A program made the translations under genes and the position numbers. The notes under the pieces are model-generated. The model ran no database searches and was not told where the DNA came from. It worked only from the letters and a program-made list of their open reading frames with translations. A stretch of DNA of 64,000 nucleotides, taken from NCBI RefSeq assembly GCF_006345805.1, contig NC_043008.1, forward strand, positions 63,054,001 to 63,118,000, read 5' to 3'. The stretch comes from Octopus sinensis (Eukaryota). Positions 62,079 through 64,000 of this stretch are shown here, piece after piece (positions within the stretch are counted from its first letter, which is position 1; each line of letters starts with the position of its first letter).

Positions 62079-63074
62079 CTTATATCTATAAATGCTCTAA
62101 TATCTACACAGCCTTGGTTTTTTTATCTTATTATTCAAAAAATTCTTATATATATATAGACATATGCACACATATATCTATGCATATATATATACACGCA
62201 TACATAAATGAGTGTGTGTGTATACATATATATATATGTGTGTGTATGTGTATATATACACATACATATTTGTGTGTGTGTACATACACTCACACACATA
62301 CGCATATGTATATATACTTTATACCACAAGGTTTTTAGTTTCCATCCCACTTTGGTACCCTATGATCATTGTTCTACTATATAACCCTATGTTGAGTAAA
62401 GCCTACTGAGTGAATTTGGTTGATAGAAACTACAAAAAAATCTTCTAGATGTGTGTGTATTTCTGTGTCCGTATGAGTGTGTATGCATTTGTTTGCATGC
62501 TGACTGTAAGCAATGTCACCATTCATTAAAAGACAGTGCCAAATTTTGCAATCTTTTGTTGAAACATGTCCAGTCATTGATCGATTTATATTGAAAGAAC
62601 TTGAGCATATATTACATTTCTTGAAAAGCACCCGGCTATAGAAGACTGTGTTAGTATGCTCTGACTAGCCAATGGAAGCACTGAAAGGTAGATATTAATA
62701 AGATGATAATATATCATTGGTTTGGTCTGTAGTAATTTGTTTCCAAGCCCTCTGAGACCTCTGAGATCATGATATAGTTCCCATTCCACATAAACATTCT
62801 CAAATCTATGGCTGCAAGAAAAAGGTGTGGAGATTAATGTGAAGGAGAACTGGGTGCAGTGGTTAGTATGAAACCTGGATGAGTGGATACTATATAAATA
62901 ATGTGAAGAGCACGAAGTATTTAGATAACTGGTGTACATATAAAATTAATCCAATTTGATACTGTGTACCAAAAATTCTATGTAACAAGGTTATGCTTTG
63001 CACAGTGTTTGAGGAGACCTATTGAGTCAATTACATCAGCATCAAAATAAAAATTAATATGGAAATTGTAGTTG

Positions 63075-63400
63075 TGATACCCATGCTGGTGGCACGTAAA
63101 AAGCACCATCCAAACGTAGCCAATGCCAGTGCACCTTGACTAGCTTCCATGGCGGTGGCACGTAAAAGTCACCAACCGATCATGGCCATTGCCAGCCTTG
63201 CCTGGCACCTGTGCCAGTGGCACGTAAAAAGCACCCACTACACTCACGGAGTGGTTGGCATTACGAAGGGCATCCAGCAGTAGAAACACTGCCAGATCAG
63301 GCTGGAGCCTGATGCAGCCTCCTGGCTTCCCAGACCCTGGTCGAACCGTCCAACCCATGCTAGCATGGAAAAACGGACGTTAAACGATGATGATGAAGAT
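63075..63400 (+). mobile_element. RTE-tail family D with three internal gtggcacgtaaaa modules
   Basis: Module at ~63089, 63155 and 63217; (GAT)n tail. Confidence 0.85.
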
Positions 63401-64000
63401 GAATGCAAAAACAATCATATAACAGTCACATCATTGATTTCAATGTATGAGTGTTTGAAGGAAAGGGAAATTTTTTAAATCTTTAAAAATAAAAGAGGCT
63501 GCATCAATTTGTGATGGATGCATGAACGCAATATGAGTCCAGGTATGGATCTTGATATGAAATCATTGTGAGAACGCTGATACTTTTGGTTTTGCTTGGG
63601 ATTGGTCAAATGTGTCTGTTGATTGCAGGATGCAATTCTTTTATTGTTCTGTTTATAAGGAGGGGCTAATTCCCATTATCAGTGCACAGACATGTTTGCA
63701 TGATCAAGAAGCTGGTTTCCCAACAACATAGCTTTGGTTTCAGTTGTATTGTGCATCTAGTTTGGGAAATATCATCTAGTAAAATTTTGTTGGTGGATCT
63801 TGTAGATGGGAACTGAAAGAAGCTCATCATGTATATCTGTGTATATATCTATATGTGTGTGTTTTTATGTATATAAATTATATACATGTTTTTAAGTTAT
63901 AAAATAGTCGTGATACTAGAATTTTCTTACTGTCAAATAAAATTTCATGTCATTTGTTTCTGTCATTTATGACTTTATACTCCTTACCGTTTTTTCTTCT

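Overview
AT-rich, microsatellite-saturated animal genomic DNA. The high-copy SINE and LINE families are ones I recognise from Octopus (coleoid cephalopod) assemblies; this is recognition from memory, not a database result. The window looks intronic or intergenic. I could not identify any host protein-coding gene with confidence, and most listed ORFs are translations of simple repeats or SINEs. The real coding remnants all belong to transposons: an RTE AP-endonuclease and an RTE RT C-terminus, a CR1 RT C-terminus, five R4/Dong-type restriction-like-endonuclease fragments, four Tc1/mariner-superfamily transposase remnants and a Penelope-like GIY-YIG domain. Non-autonomous elements include several tRNA-derived SINE families, an RTE-tail family, Helitrons, Helentron-like elements and a piggyBac-type MITE. 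The most notable unexplained signals are (i) at least four type I hammerhead ribozyme motifs with palindromic stem III, one in a 457-bp tandem unit and one split by a later insertion, and (ii) a very young 151-bp inverted repeat 3.4 kb apart. Coordinates of decayed elements are approximate and were read by eye.
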